Assembly: GCA_029351405.1 (NCBI GenBank) | Contig: GCA_029351405.1_4841.1 | Strand: one strand, 5' to 3' | Source of the DNA: Escherichia coli | GTDB taxonomy: Bacteria; Pseudomonadota; Gammaproteobacteria; Enterobacterales; Enterobacteriaceae | Length of the DNA stretch: 64,000 bases | Shown here: positions 63,950 to 64,000 of the stretch, piece after piece | How positions within the stretch are numbered: the stretch's first letter is position 1 | Layout of the letters: every line of letters begins with the position of its first letter | Notes under the pieces: generated by a model | Database searches by the model: none | Seen by the model: only the letters and a program-made list of their open reading frames with translations | What the model was told of the DNA's origin: nothing | Made by a program: the position numbers and the translations under genes

Positions 63950-64000
63950 AATCAATCTCCAGGATGATGTACACCGTCTTTGTCAACACGGAACCACTCC

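Overview
This window looks like a segment of a T4-like (Straboviridae-type) myovirus genome, transcribed almost entirely leftward (minus strand). Recognisable core genes: nrdA, nrdB, an NrdH-like glutaredoxin, phoH, endolysin, primase gp61, gp46/gp47 recombination nuclease, late sigma factor gp55, a host-type RNase HI, an XPD/DinG-type Fe-S helicase, HU, sliding clamp gp45 and clamp loader gp44/gp62 (separated by a GIY-YIG homing endonuclease gene), regA, uvsW, a likely uvsY, gp25, and the structural block gp16-gp17-gp18-gp19-gp20-gp67-gp68-gp21-gp22-gp23 in T4 order. The terminase large subunit carries a 159-aa mini-intein inside its Walker A motif. Between the core blocks are regions of small early genes, many encoding secreted proteins or lipoproteins, preceded by repeated stem-loop plus early-promoter cassettes (PeSL-like) and a conserved leader ending AGGAACTATATC-ATG. 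Late genes are preceded by CTAAATA/TATAAATA boxes. The most unusual content is an accessory gene block at 31.6-40.5 kb, sitting where T4 has DNA polymerase after regA; it encodes a vWA protein, an acyl-carrier-protein look-alike whose phosphopantetheine serine is replaced by glutamate, a RyR-domain protein and large proteins I cannot place. All assignments rest on motif reading and remembered T4 homologs; no database search or folding calculation was run, and several start codons were re-chosen by hand because the ORF track extends through non-ATG codons.
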